Shown here: positions 18,618 to 28,136 of the stretch, piece by piece
Layout: every line of letters begins with the position of its first letter
How positions within the stretch are numbered: the stretch's first letter is position 1
Source of the DNA: a virus
Strand: one strand, 5' to 3'
DNA length: 64,000 bases
Virus record (IMG/VR): IMGVR_UViG_3300045988_132849
Coordinates: 76,252-140,251 of that record
The notes under the pieces: generated by a model
Seen by the model: the letters and a program-made list of their open reading frames with translations, nothing else
Told to the model about the DNA's origin: nothing
Database searches by the model: none
Position numbers and translations under genes: made by a program

Positions 18618-19646
18618 ATGAATAATAAAGAATTTATAGAAAATTATATAAAGACAAAAGTCTCAGAGTCAGCACGACCAGGATGGGAATGGATGTTGGA
18701 TTCTGATATTGCAAGAGAGGACGAACAGGGCTTAACATACGCTCCAGGAACAATCCAAGAGGCTATGTTAAGGGCAGGGAAAGGGACTGCAAGAAATCGA
18801 ACCATGAACTCTATTGTGAAAAGATATAACCAACTTGTAGATCTATACACCTACGCAAATGAATGTAACTATATAAAATATAATCCATTCAAAAGCGATA
18901 AATTCATTGATCTACAAATCGTTGTGGATATTTATTTTTCCAATCAGGTCAACGTGAACTACGTGTCGAAAGAACAATTGAACGAACTTCTGATAGCTTT
19001 AGCTCTGCGTAAAAAGCCTTTGGATAAAAAAACAAGGTTGCAAATCGTACTATATCTAGTAAGTTTGTATAACGGTATTGATGCTGACGCCTTAAAGGAC
19101 TTAAAGTTTTCTGAAATCGACGAAGAGAAACAAACGATCTCAGGGAAACCAATTGGTAAAAACTTTTTAGATATGATTGCATACTATAAAAACGCAATGG
19201 GTGAGAATATTTATGAAGATCATATAATTATTCCATCATACAAATGTGATGATTTGCAGGAATATAAAAAAGCACAAGACCGTATTGGTTACAATATCAG
19301 ATTTTTATTTAATACACTTGGTAAATCGTTAAATTATTATAAAATGTCAAAAAATGACGTTATTAATTCTGGGTTTGTACAGTATTTAAAATCAAGAATG
19401 AGCATTGAATCAATATCCGAACTATATTATGTTAAACCAAAAGATGGTGTAGCGAGATCATTAAATGCTAAGATGTTCAATGATATTGCGATTGATTTTT
19501 ATTACAAATACTATAAAACATATAAATTGGATGATGTACCGTATAATTTTAGTAGAAGGCAAACGGTAATTGGGAAAACAATTAGTTATCTATATCAAGA
19601 TGAAGATTACAAGAATTATCGTGCGCATCAAATTATGACAGAGTAA
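18618..19646 (+). CDS. hypothetical protein (342 aa)
   Basis: Long ORF with RBS. Confidence 0.5.
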   Translation: MNNKEFIENYIKTKVSESARPGWEWMLDSDIAREDEQGLTYAPGTIQEAMLRAGKGTARNRTMNSIVKRYNQLVDLYTYANECNYIKYNPFKSDKFIDLQIVVDIYFSNQVNVNYVSKEQLNELLIALALRKKPLDKKTRLQIVLYLVSLYNGIDADALKDLKFSEIDEEKQTISGKPIGKNFLDMIAYYKNAMGENIYEDHIIIPSYKCDDLQEYKKAQDRIGYNIRFLFNTLGKSLNYYKMSKNDVINSGFVQYLKSRMSIESISELYYVKPKDGVARSLNAKMFNDIAIDFYYKYYKTYKLDDVPYNFSRRQTVIGKTISYLYQDEDYKNYRAHQIMTE

Positions 19647-19664
19647 AGGAAGGGATTTTTGTAT

Positions 19665-20030
19665 ATGGACAATCAAATATTAAACATGTTGGTAGCGAAT
19701 CAATCAAATCAAATGCGTGTTGATGTACTTGATTTACACTCGTCAGAAATGTCATCTTGGTTTCTGAGCGAATATAAGATTCGGGCAGATGATGGGAAGA
19801 TAAAAATCTATGGCAAAGATAAAGATCTTTCATATCATTGGATCGAATTTATTCAAGATGAGAATTTGTTCTCTCATATTAAGCAGGACGACATATTTGA
19901 CATAATCAAATGCCTGCAATTTACATACAAAGAGAGATACAATGTTGGAATAAAAATACAGACAACAAAAAAGAAAGCAGAAGTCTTTGGCAAAACTTCT
20001 ACTTTCACACAAACTAATAATTCTAACTAA
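19665..20030 (+). CDS. hypothetical protein (121 aa)
   Basis: GGAAGGGA RBS, ATG 19665. Confidence 0.45.
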   Translation: MDNQILNMLVANQSNQMRVDVLDLHSSEMSSWFLSEYKIRADDGKIKIYGKDKDLSYHWIEFIQDENLFSHIKQDDIFDIIKCLQFTYKERYNVGIKIQTTKKKAEVFGKTSTFTQTNNSN

Positions 20031-20106
20031 ACAAATAATAAATAACAAAAAAGGATTTTTTTGAATCTATCGTGTTGGCAGCACGATAGAAAATCGAATT
20101 AAGTAT

Positions 20107-20165
20107 TTAGAATTGTTTAATAGATAAGGATAATAATATCCTTAAAATCATTATAACAATTCTAA
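20107..20165. promoter_or_regulatory. Nested palindrome: 11-bp inverted repeat TTAGAATTGTT/AACAATTCTAA enclosing an inner hairpin AAGGATA-ataat-TATCCTT
   Basis: Read directly; lies in the intergenic region upstream of the 20225 gene. Confidence 0.3.
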
Positions 20166-20224
20166 ACATGTTCGTCAACATGAAAATTTTCCAAAAAAAC
20201 TACAATTAAATACAGGAGTGATGT

Positions 20225-20875
20225 ATGAAATACATAATTACGAATGAAGAGTTCTATGTGAAAAGAGATCATGCAAGAAATAGATACGTTCGTGATAACC
20301 GTAAGTCTGAAGCTACTCAATTTACATCCAAGCAAGCAAAGCACATTTTAGGTTTGAAGCATAAATATACGTGGATGAAAGACGGATTTCATGCCAGAGA
20401 AATTGAGCTAGGTAAAGTTGGAAAACCTATGGAATCTAGTGAAATAATGCGTAAAGGTAATGGAAATTGCTTTATGGATTGGGAATGTGATAATACATTG
20501 ATCGACAATATAGAGACTGAGGAAAGAGCTATAGTAGGGCTTTTAGCATATGACTCAGATCAATTAGGAGAAAAGAAATTTGAGTTAGAACAGGCATTAT
20601 CATATGCCGATTCTGCCAGAAGTGATATTCTTCATGCAATTGAGTTTAAAAAGATTGATGCTGCGAAACGTGCCGTGATTGTTGGGTATCTTAAAACCTT
20701 ACAAGAATTGCATAGAAAGATCAAGAATTGTATTCGATACATAGAAGTGATGCAGAATTGCATGGATAATCAGAAAGATATATGTACTTTGAAGAAAGAA
20801 TTAAAAGATGCAGAACATAAGTCGTATGTCGGTAGAACAAAGTATTATGAGCTGATCCAGAATATAATCGGGTAG
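20225..20875 (+). CDS. hypothetical protein (216 aa)
   Basis: AGGAGTGATGT-ATG. Confidence 0.5.
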   Translation: MKYIITNEEFYVKRDHARNRYVRDNRKSEATQFTSKQAKHILGLKHKYTWMKDGFHAREIELGKVGKPMESSEIMRKGNGNCFMDWECDNTLIDNIETEERAIVGLLAYDSDQLGEKKFELEQALSYADSARSDILHAIEFKKIDAAKRAVIVGYLKTLQELHRKIKNCIRYIEVMQNCMDNQKDICTLKKELKDAEHKSYVGRTKYYELIQNIIG

Positions 20876-20958
20876 AGTTTCTTCCTTATTATATATGATG
20901 ACTCGCACAGGCATTTGTGCAAAATTGAAATGTAAAATTATAACTTAGGAGGCATTTA

Positions 20959-21783
20959 ATGACAGAAGAAAAGAATATGGTTAATGAAGGGTTAAACACT
21001 TTGGTGTTCAACAATGATGAATTTGGAAATATCCGCACAGCGGTCTTAGATAACGAGCCTTGGTTTTCTGGCAAAGATGTTGCAAGCTGTCTTGGATATG
21101 TAGATACGGTTAATGCATTAAAGAAGCATGTTGATGACGAAGATAAGAGATTATTTCTAAGGTGCCAAATCGCCACCTTAGAAAACGTACCAAACAGAGG
21201 GCTTACATTTATTAATGAATCTGGTTTATACGCTTTAATTTTTGGAAGTAAATTGGATACCGCAAAAGAATTTAAGCATTGGGTCACATCAGAAGTTCTT
21301 CCGCAGATTCGTAAGACAGGTGGATATATTCCAATCGAAAAAGATGATGATGATTTAACCATCATGGCAAAAGCATTGAATATTATGCAAAATACTTTGG
21401 AGCAAAAGGATGAGCTATTAGCCCAGAAAGAAGAAGTTATTAGCCAGCAGAAGCCACTTGTCGATTTTGCCAATACAGTCAGTGCCACAGAAACAATGGT
21501 TGACATGAAAACAATGGCAAAACTTCTTGAGAAAGAAAATCAAGATATTCATATGGGTAGAAACAAATTGTTTGCGTGGTTAAGAAAAGAAGGGTATCTC
21601 ATGTCAGATAACACACCATATGAAAGATATGTTAAGCAGGGCATTTTCAAATTAACAGAGAGTGAAGTTGAGACTAAGAATGGGAGTAAGTTGATCACTA
21701 AGACATATGTGACTGGCAAAGGGCAATTATACTTAGCAAAGAAATTAGCACAATATTTTGCATCACAGAGTGCTTTGGCTTAG
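20959..21783 (+). CDS. phage antirepressor, Bro-N + KilA-C domain protein (274 aa)
   Basis: FNNDEFGNIRTAVLDNEPWFSGKDVASCLGY...ESGLYALIFGSKLDTAKEFKHWVTSEVLPQIRKTGGY is a classic Bro-N; C-terminal KLFAWLRKEGYLM... is KilAC-like. Confidence 0.8.
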   Translation: MTEEKNMVNEGLNTLVFNNDEFGNIRTAVLDNEPWFSGKDVASCLGYVDTVNALKKHVDDEDKRLFLRCQIATLENVPNRGLTFINESGLYALIFGSKLDTAKEFKHWVTSEVLPQIRKTGGYIPIEKDDDDLTIMAKALNIMQNTLEQKDELLAQKEEVISQQKPLVDFANTVSATETMVDMKTMAKLLEKENQDIHMGRNKLFAWLRKEGYLMSDNTPYERYVKQGIFKLTESEVETKNGSKLITKTYVTGKGQLYLAKKLAQYFASQSALA

Positions 21784-21794
21784 AAAGGAGAATT

Positions 21795-22232
21795 ATGGGT
21801 ATTTACATACAAAGATTCGGACATTCAGGACAAAGATATTTTGAACTAGATGAAATAGAATATAGTCCACACTCAGGAGACTGTATTAAAGTGTTAAACA
21901 AGCAAAATGGAAAAGAAAAAACATATGTAGTGATTAATGAAAACGTAGGTGATCTACGATTACATACAAGAGAGTTAATGCCAAGAGTTCATTATACAAT
22001 TTGTGATGAAAAACATTTGGATAATATTTATATGTTTAGTGTTTCAGCTTTGCTTGATAAAGAAAGGTGGATATTGCGTATATATGATTCGTTTGATATT
22101 GAAAGAAAACGAAATGGAATATATTCGTTTGTCGATACATTAGATCAAGATATCGTTATTACCATTTTGATAGGAAAATATAAGCGTGAAGATACGTTTA
22201 ATGTCAAAATACCTTGTGAATTGAAAAATTAA
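21795..22232 (+). CDS. hypothetical protein (145 aa)
   Basis: AAAGGAGAA RBS. Confidence 0.5.
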   Translation: MGIYIQRFGHSGQRYFELDEIEYSPHSGDCIKVLNKQNGKEKTYVVINENVGDLRLHTRELMPRVHYTICDEKHLDNIYMFSVSALLDKERWILRIYDSFDIERKRNGIYSFVDTLDQDIVITILIGKYKREDTFNVKIPCELKN

Positions 22233-22247
22233 AAGAAGGAGAATTAC

Positions 22248-23630
22248 ATGGAAGAAAATAAAACGGGCGTTTGGATACAAGACTTAGAAGGTAGAACGTA
22301 CCCTTATAAAGAAGCAGATGGTACATATAAAGGAATTGTAGGAGATACAGTTATTGTTGGTACGTCTAACATGATTGCTACATTTAGAATTGAAAATATA
22401 TCGTACCAAAAACTTCCATTTACAATGATCAATTACCAAATTAAGCCAATGTATTTTGGAAAGAAGAATGTTGATATATGGAAATCGTATGATTGCAGCG
22501 ATGCTAAGCCAATAGATATGTTTCTGCGAGACGGCACGGCAGTAATTATTGTTCCGTTTGATTATGATAAAAGTCAGTATAGAACAAAAAGCATTTCTTC
22601 AGATGAAGCAATGATTACTTTTTATGAGCAAAATCAGAATAAGACGGAGGCGATTTTGTTTGGTGAACCGACAGCAGGAAAAATACGACCTATTCAAGCA
22701 ATGAATGAGGATCTTGAGATCAAAACATGTACGATTCCAGCCGACAAAATAAAGACTGATGTGCTAAGTATGTCATTTCCAGAACCAATATTGTCTGTTT
22801 CATCATCTGATCAACCAGAACCAATTACGGCTATGTCAGAAGCAGAAAAGAATTGGTGGAAAGAATGTTTTGGAGGATCTGAAGTCGATCGTGGATTACG
22901 AACAGAAACACCAACAACAGAACTGGGTCAAACGTTAAAACAGATTGTTGATAGAATGGGCAAAATGGGCAACATAACGATTAGCAATCTGGGAGAGAAT
23001 CACATCAAAATTAAGGAGAGCGAAATGTATACAGAAAAATTAAAAGAAATGATCAAGAAACCGATTTATGTTGACAAAAAAATTACTGTAAAGGAACCAA
23101 TGTTGGATAACAACGGTAAACAGATTGAAAAAGATGGAGAACCAGTATTTAAAGTAAAACATTATCATGGAATGGTTAAAATCTTATGGAAAGACGGAGC
23201 TGAAACTGTTGCATACGTAGAAGGCAATGATGTGTATGACAGAGAAAATGGTTTCAAGACTTGTGTAATTAAATACCTGTTTGGCAACGCAGATGCTCAT
23301 GACGCAGTTGATTTTTGGACAAATAAATATGTGAAATATCCAAGCAGTTGTATTGAAGTGACAGAAAACTTATGTAAATTAGAAAAAATTCTTGAGAATG
23401 ACAAGAAGAGAGAAGAGGAAAGAAAAGGTTTACCTCATGCGAAGTTCTTAAGAAGAATAGGTTTGCTTTCAGGTGGTTGTGTTGCTGGTAAACTGATTTA
23501 CAAAAACTGTGATATGAAATATGTTAATGAATTCAAAAAACTTGCCAAGAAATATTTTCCAGAACTTAAGGGTAAAGAAATTTATGTGAATGGTAACAAG
23601 AACGATGAAATTTTTGTAGCAATTAAATAA
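22248..23630 (+). CDS. hypothetical protein (460 aa)
   Basis: Long ORF, AAGGAGAA RBS. Confidence 0.5.
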   Translation: MEENKTGVWIQDLEGRTYPYKEADGTYKGIVGDTVIVGTSNMIATFRIENISYQKLPFTMINYQIKPMYFGKKNVDIWKSYDCSDAKPIDMFLRDGTAVIIVPFDYDKSQYRTKSISSDEAMITFYEQNQNKTEAILFGEPTAGKIRPIQAMNEDLEIKTCTIPADKIKTDVLSMSFPEPILSVSSSDQPEPITAMSEAEKNWWKECFGGSEVDRGLRTETPTTELGQTLKQIVDRMGKMGNITISNLGENHIKIKESEMYTEKLKEMIKKPIYVDKKITVKEPMLDNNGKQIEKDGEPVFKVKHYHGMVKILWKDGAETVAYVEGNDVYDRENGFKTCVIKYLFGNADAHDAVDFWTNKYVKYPSSCIEVTENLCKLEKILENDKKREEERKGLPHAKFLRRIGLLSGGCVAGKLIYKNCDMKYVNEFKKLAKKYFPELKGKEIYVNGNKNDEIFVAIK

Positions 23631-23652
23631 TACATAAAAAAGGAGATAAATT

Positions 23653-25722
23653 ATGTGCACACCAATGAATGAAAACTGGAGCAATTTTTTAAGCAAATTG
23701 TCAGAGCGTTTAAATAAAATGCTCGACTATGTAGAGAAAAACAATTCTACATTGTATGAAACCGATATTGATAAGGATGAACTTTGGGAAGTATATCTGA
23801 GTAGTTTCCCTGAAGGAACTAACAAAATGTATCGCAAGCGAAGAGAATATGACTGTGGTCATTGTCGAAACTTTATTAAAACAATCGGTGGAGCTGTGGC
23901 AATTGTTGACGGCAAGATTCATACAATCTGGGAGATCGACACAGATGATGTAGTATTTCAGCCAGTAGTTGATGCTTTAAGAACGTATGTCGAATCAAAG
24001 CCGATCAAAGATATTTGGAGACATTTTACAAACACAGTTGGTACAAAAACCACAAATGAGTATACAGAAGATAAGCAGATTATCAAATGGACTCATATGT
24101 ATACACCGATTCCAGAGAGGTTATTGGAAAGGAAATCTGATATTCCTACAGTTAAAGCAAAAGTGAGAGATCGAAAGAATGTGTTTAAAAGATCACTTGA
24201 TGAAATTACAGAAGAAGCTGTTGATACAGTATTAGAACTGATTGCTTCAAATACTCTTTATAGAGGACAGGAATGGGAAAGAGTATTAAAAGATTTTAGA
24301 AAATATCAGCGAGAATACAACGGTTTGCCAGATGAAGAAAAAGATACATACACATGGACAAAAGCCATGACGATCGGAGATGTAATTGGTCGTATTAGAA
24401 ACCATAGTATCGGTACATTACTTGTGAATATCAGTGAAGGTATGGATTTAGATAATGCAGTAAAAGCTTATGAAAATGTTGTAGCTCCTGCGAATTACAA
24501 ACGACCTAAAGCAATCTTTACAAAGAAAATGCTTGAAGATGCAAAGAAAACTGTAACCGATTTAGGATATATGGATTCATTGCAGCGTAGATTTGCAAGA
24601 CTTGACGATATTACAGTAAACAATATTCTGTTTTGTAATCGTGATGCAGCACCACGTATCCAGGGCGGTTTAGATATTTTTGATGAGATGAGTAAGGAAG
24701 TCGCTGTAAATCCTAAGAAATTCTCTAAAGTAGAAGAGATCAGTGCAGAGAAATTTGTATCAGATGTTCTTCCAACCGCAAAAGAATTAGAAGTCTTGTT
24801 TGAAAATAGACATAAGAAGAACATGGTTTCACTGATCGCACCTGTAAACAAAGATGCCAAGAACATGATGAAGTGGGGTAATCCTTTCAGTTGGGCATAC
24901 TCAGGAAATATGACAGATAGTGAGATGAAAGAAAGAGTTAAGAACGCAGGCGGAGCAGTTGATGGAGTCTTAAGATTTTCAATCCAGTGGAACGCAGGAA
25001 AAGACTGGAATAGGGATGATTTTGATGCACATTGTAAAACACCTTGTCATCATATTTTCTTTGGCCAGATGCTTGATCATAAAACACGAGGCAGACTTGA
25101 TGTTGATGTAATTAATCCAGTAAAGGGGAAACCTGCTGTAGAAAATATCACATGGGCGGATAAATCCAAGATGGTTGATGGAGATTATGAATTTTTCGTA
25201 CGCAATTATTGCCATAACAACGGTACATCAGGATTTACAGCAGAGATTGAATTTGATGGTCAGATTTACGAATTTGAATATGATAAACCTTTAAGACAGG
25301 GGCAGAACGTACCAGTGGCTACAGTTACATTAAAAGATGGAGTGTTCACAATCAAAGAGAAACTTCCATCTACAACATCTTCAAGAGAAATCTGGGGTGT
25401 CAATACAAATCAGTTTGTGCCAGTAACAGTAATGTGTTATTCGCCTAACTATTGGGATGAACAGACAGGTATTGGACACAAACATTATCTGTTCATGTTA
25501 AACGGATGTGTAAATGAAGATACTCCAAATGGATTCTTCAATGAGTTCTTGAAACAGGAATTAGTACAGCACAAGAGAGTATTCGAGGCTTTAGGAAGTA
25601 AGATGCATGTCGCAGATGATTCAAACCAGTTATCAGGAATTGGCTTCAGCTCTACAAAGCGAGATGATGTGATTGTTAAAGTCAAAGGCGCAACTGAAAG
25701 AGTTCTTAAAATTAAATTTTAA
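23653..25722 (+). CDS. large hypothetical protein (689 aa)
   Basis: AAAGGAGAT RBS; no family recognised. Confidence 0.5.
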   Translation: MCTPMNENWSNFLSKLSERLNKMLDYVEKNNSTLYETDIDKDELWEVYLSSFPEGTNKMYRKRREYDCGHCRNFIKTIGGAVAIVDGKIHTIWEIDTDDVVFQPVVDALRTYVESKPIKDIWRHFTNTVGTKTTNEYTEDKQIIKWTHMYTPIPERLLERKSDIPTVKAKVRDRKNVFKRSLDEITEEAVDTVLELIASNTLYRGQEWERVLKDFRKYQREYNGLPDEEKDTYTWTKAMTIGDVIGRIRNHSIGTLLVNISEGMDLDNAVKAYENVVAPANYKRPKAIFTKKMLEDAKKTVTDLGYMDSLQRRFARLDDITVNNILFCNRDAAPRIQGGLDIFDEMSKEVAVNPKKFSKVEEISAEKFVSDVLPTAKELEVLFENRHKKNMVSLIAPVNKDAKNMMKWGNPFSWAYSGNMTDSEMKERVKNAGGAVDGVLRFSIQWNAGKDWNRDDFDAHCKTPCHHIFFGQMLDHKTRGRLDVDVINPVKGKPAVENITWADKSKMVDGDYEFFVRNYCHNNGTSGFTAEIEFDGQIYEFEYDKPLRQGQNVPVATVTLKDGVFTIKEKLPSTTSSREIWGVNTNQFVPVTVMCYSPNYWDEQTGIGHKHYLFMLNGCVNEDTPNGFFNEFLKQELVQHKRVFEALGSKMHVADDSNQLSGIGFSSTKRDDVIVKVKGATERVLKIKF

Positions 25723-25742
25723 CATAAAAAGGAGATTGAATT

Positions 25743-26132
25743 ATGACAACAGAAAATTTATTCGAAATGGCAACAAGAAACAAAATGAGATTCCCATCCA
25801 CAAAGGGTGAGTTATCTGTAGAAGATTTATGGGATTTGTCCGACAAAGATTTAGACGTGGTTTACAAAAATCTGAAAGATCAGGAAGTTAAATCTTCAGA
25901 AGAAAGCCTGTTAGATGATGCAAATGTTGATCCAAAATTAACGGCTGCGATTGGTATTGTAAGATACATCTTTACAACAAAACGTAAAGAGAAACTTGCA
26001 GAGAAGGAACGTATTAATAAGAAACAGACACAGAAAAAGTATATTGATGCTCTTTCCAAGAAACAGGATGAGGCTATTGAGAAGATGTCAGAAGCGGAAT
26101 TACGTGCAATGATTGATTCTTTCGAAGATTAA
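25743..26132 (+). CDS. hypothetical protein (129 aa)
   Basis: AAGGAGAT RBS. Confidence 0.5.
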   Translation: MTTENLFEMATRNKMRFPSTKGELSVEDLWDLSDKDLDVVYKNLKDQEVKSSEESLLDDANVDPKLTAAIGIVRYIFTTKRKEKLAEKERINKKQTQKKYIDALSKKQDEAIEKMSEAELRAMIDSFED

Positions 26133-26189
26133 GATGATATGCCTGAGCGTCCGTTTGGACGTTCGGGTGCTTAAAGAAAGGAGATTACG

Positions 26190-26657
26190 ATGATTTATAA
26201 ATTAGAATTAGGTGATTGGTCGGAAGATGGGCATAAAATATCAGAAAGTTTTTTATTTGATTGTAACTATGATATTCATAAAATTCGACAAGCGTATAAA
26301 GACAGTTGTAAAAAGCTAGGCGTAGGTTTTAATTGTAATGAAGATTATACGGGGCTAGGTCTTGGTTGTAGAAGTGAGAGACTGATTTGGACAGAGTATC
26401 AAGAATCAGAAATTAGCGAAACAGCATTTGAAATTTTAAATAATTTTGGGTGTTTTAAAGAGGTTGATTTTTATAAAGAAGATGGTGTGTATTATATCGA
26501 AGAAAGGAAAGACTGTGCAAAACTTATTATGAATTTTATCGCATTGTCTATGCCTAAAGATTTTCGATATAAGCTCGTCCAAGAGCCAAAAGTTGAATCG
26601 ATTAATAGTTGGAATCATGAACTGAGACAGCACTTTGGGTATGGATTATTTGATTAA
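26190..26657 (+). CDS. hypothetical protein (155 aa)
   Basis: AAGGAGAT RBS. Confidence 0.5.
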   Translation: MIYKLELGDWSEDGHKISESFLFDCNYDIHKIRQAYKDSCKKLGVGFNCNEDYTGLGLGCRSERLIWTEYQESEISETAFEILNNFGCFKEVDFYKEDGVYYIEERKDCAKLIMNFIALSMPKDFRYKLVQEPKVESINSWNHELRQHFGYGLFD

Positions 26658-26688
26658 TAAAACAGTAATTTAATGGAAGGAGAAAACA

Positions 26689-27285
26689 ATGGACGTTAAT
26701 AAATTATTGGTTGTCGTCGATATGCAGAATGATTTCATCGACGGAAGCCTTGGAACCAAAGAAGCACAGGAAATTGTTCCCAAAGTAATTGAGAAAATTA
26801 AAAATTTTGATGGCATTATTGTTACAACAATGGACACACACGATGAAAATTATTTATCTACACAGGAAGGAAAGAATCTTCCAGTAAAGCATTGCATCTG
26901 CGGAGAAGATGGATGGCATTTAAATGAAGAAGTTAGAAAGGCATTATTATCGTCAGAGATGTTTTGTCGCAATGACAAGCAAGAAAATGCTATTTGGCTT
27001 CTTGAGAACTATTGTAAAGAAACATTTGGGTCATTAGAACTTATGGACGATTGTTCTGATGAATTCGGTGAAGATGGTCGGTCTCATCCAGAAGATGTTG
27101 AAATTACCTTAATTGGTCTTTGTACAGATATTTGTGTAATCTCTAATGCAATGTTATTAAAAGCGGCACTTCCAGAGGCAAAGATTCTTGTAGATGCATC
27201 GTGTTGCGCAGGTGTAACACCAGAGAGCCACAAGAACGCACTCGAAGCAATGAAGATGTGTCAGATTGAAGTAATCAATGAGTAA
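26689..27285 (+). CDS. isochorismatase-family hydrolase, possible nicotinamidase (PncA-like), 198 aa
   Basis: LLVVVDMQNDFIDGSLG (Asp), metal-site-like DTHDEN, and LIGLCTDICV (nucleophile Cys) match the isochorismatase/nicotinamidase fold. Confidence 0.6.
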   Translation: MDVNKLLVVVDMQNDFIDGSLGTKEAQEIVPKVIEKIKNFDGIIVTTMDTHDENYLSTQEGKNLPVKHCICGEDGWHLNEEVRKALLSSEMFCRNDKQENAIWLLENYCKETFGSLELMDDCSDEFGEDGRSHPEDVEITLIGLCTDICVISNAMLLKAALPEAKILVDASCCAGVTPESHKNALEAMKMCQIEVINE

Positions 27286-27299
27286 AGGAGTGATGAAGG

Positions 27300-28136
27300 A
27301 TGATTACTATTGGTGGAGTACCAGTTGTTCCAGAATCTTTTCCAGATGGAACACAGAAAATTGGTTTGCCGTTAGGAGCAATGAGATCACGGATTGCAGT
27401 AAATAAATTTGTATCAATTGAATGGCTGTATGAATCAGATAAAGAATTATTTTCGCTATATTGTATTTCAAAAAGTATTCGAGAATATTTCCCACATTTA
27501 TCACAGTGTTTAGTGATGCCGTATATTCCGAATGCAAGATTTGACAGGGTTAAAGATCATAACGAATGTTTTACATTAAAATATTTTGCAGAAATCATCA
27601 ATGAATTAAATTTTAGAAAGGTCATCGTAACAGATCCTCACTCAGATGTTTCTAAAGCATTGATTGATCACCTACAATATATACCAATTAAACTATATAT
27701 TTCTAAGGTTTGCAATAAAGTCCTTAAAGCAGAGCCATCAAGAAATCTCGTAATTTATTTCCCAGATAGCGGATCACTAAAAAGATATTCTGAATTTGTG
27801 TCAGATCATTATCCGATTGTCTATGGAATTAAAAATCGTGATTGGAAGACAGGAGAAATTCTTGGTATTGAGATTCATGGAGATACAGATAAATTAGATG
27901 AGAATACAGCAATTCTAATGATTGATGATATTTGTAGTAAGGGTGGCACATTTTATTATGGATCAAAAGAATTAAGCAAATACGGTTGTAAAGATATGTA
28001 TTTATATGTTAGTCACTGTGAAAATACAATTCTTGATGGCGAATTATTAAAGGAAGATAGTTTGTTTAAAAAAGTGTATACGACACGTAGCATTTTTACA
28101 AAAGAACATGAGAAGGTTGAGGTGTTAGATTTATGA
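27300..28136 (+). CDS. ribose-phosphate pyrophosphokinase (PRPP synthetase)-family enzyme; candidate ADP-ribose pyrophosphokinase (Adps-like) of an NAD reconstitution pathway
   Basis: FPDGTQKI, LVMPYIPNARFDR (vs PRPS PYFGYARQDR), VIVTDPHSD, LVIYFPDSGSLKR, AILMIDDICSKGGTF (PRT type I nucleotide-binding motif). Confidence 0.7.
   Translation: MITIGGVPVVPESFPDGTQKIGLPLGAMRSRIAVNKFVSIEWLYESDKELFSLYCISKSIREYFPHLSQCLVMPYIPNARFDRVKDHNECFTLKYFAEIINELNFRKVIVTDPHSDVSKALIDHLQYIPIKLYISKVCNKVLKAEPSRNLVIYFPDSGSLKRYSEFVSDHYPIVYGIKNRDWKTGEILGIEIHGDTDKLDENTAILMIDDICSKGGTFYYGSKELSKYGCKDMYLYVSHCENTILDGELLKEDSLFKKVYTTRSIFTKEHEKVEVLDL

Noticed and set aside
20047-20095. Hairpin TCTATCGTG-N7-CACGATAGA as an intrinsic terminator
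   Set aside because: The 9-bp stem is real, but there is no T-run on the 3' side of either strand (a T-run precedes it). It may be a regulatory or processing hairpin rather than a terminator.
20889-21506. 205-aa minus-strand ORF
   Set aside because: Fully overlapped by the well-supported + strand Bro-N/KilA-C gene (20959-21783). Low-complexity Ser/Phe-rich translation typical of antisense frames in AT-rich DNA.
24495-24866. 123-aa minus-strand ORF, and other short minus-strand ORFs throughout
   Set aside because: All lie inside longer + strand genes with RBSs. The window is otherwise strictly co-directional apart from the XRE repressor.
26137-26170. Weak hairpin CGTCC-GTTT-GGACG after the 25743 gene
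   Set aside because: Short stem and no U-tract, so it is not convincing as a terminator.
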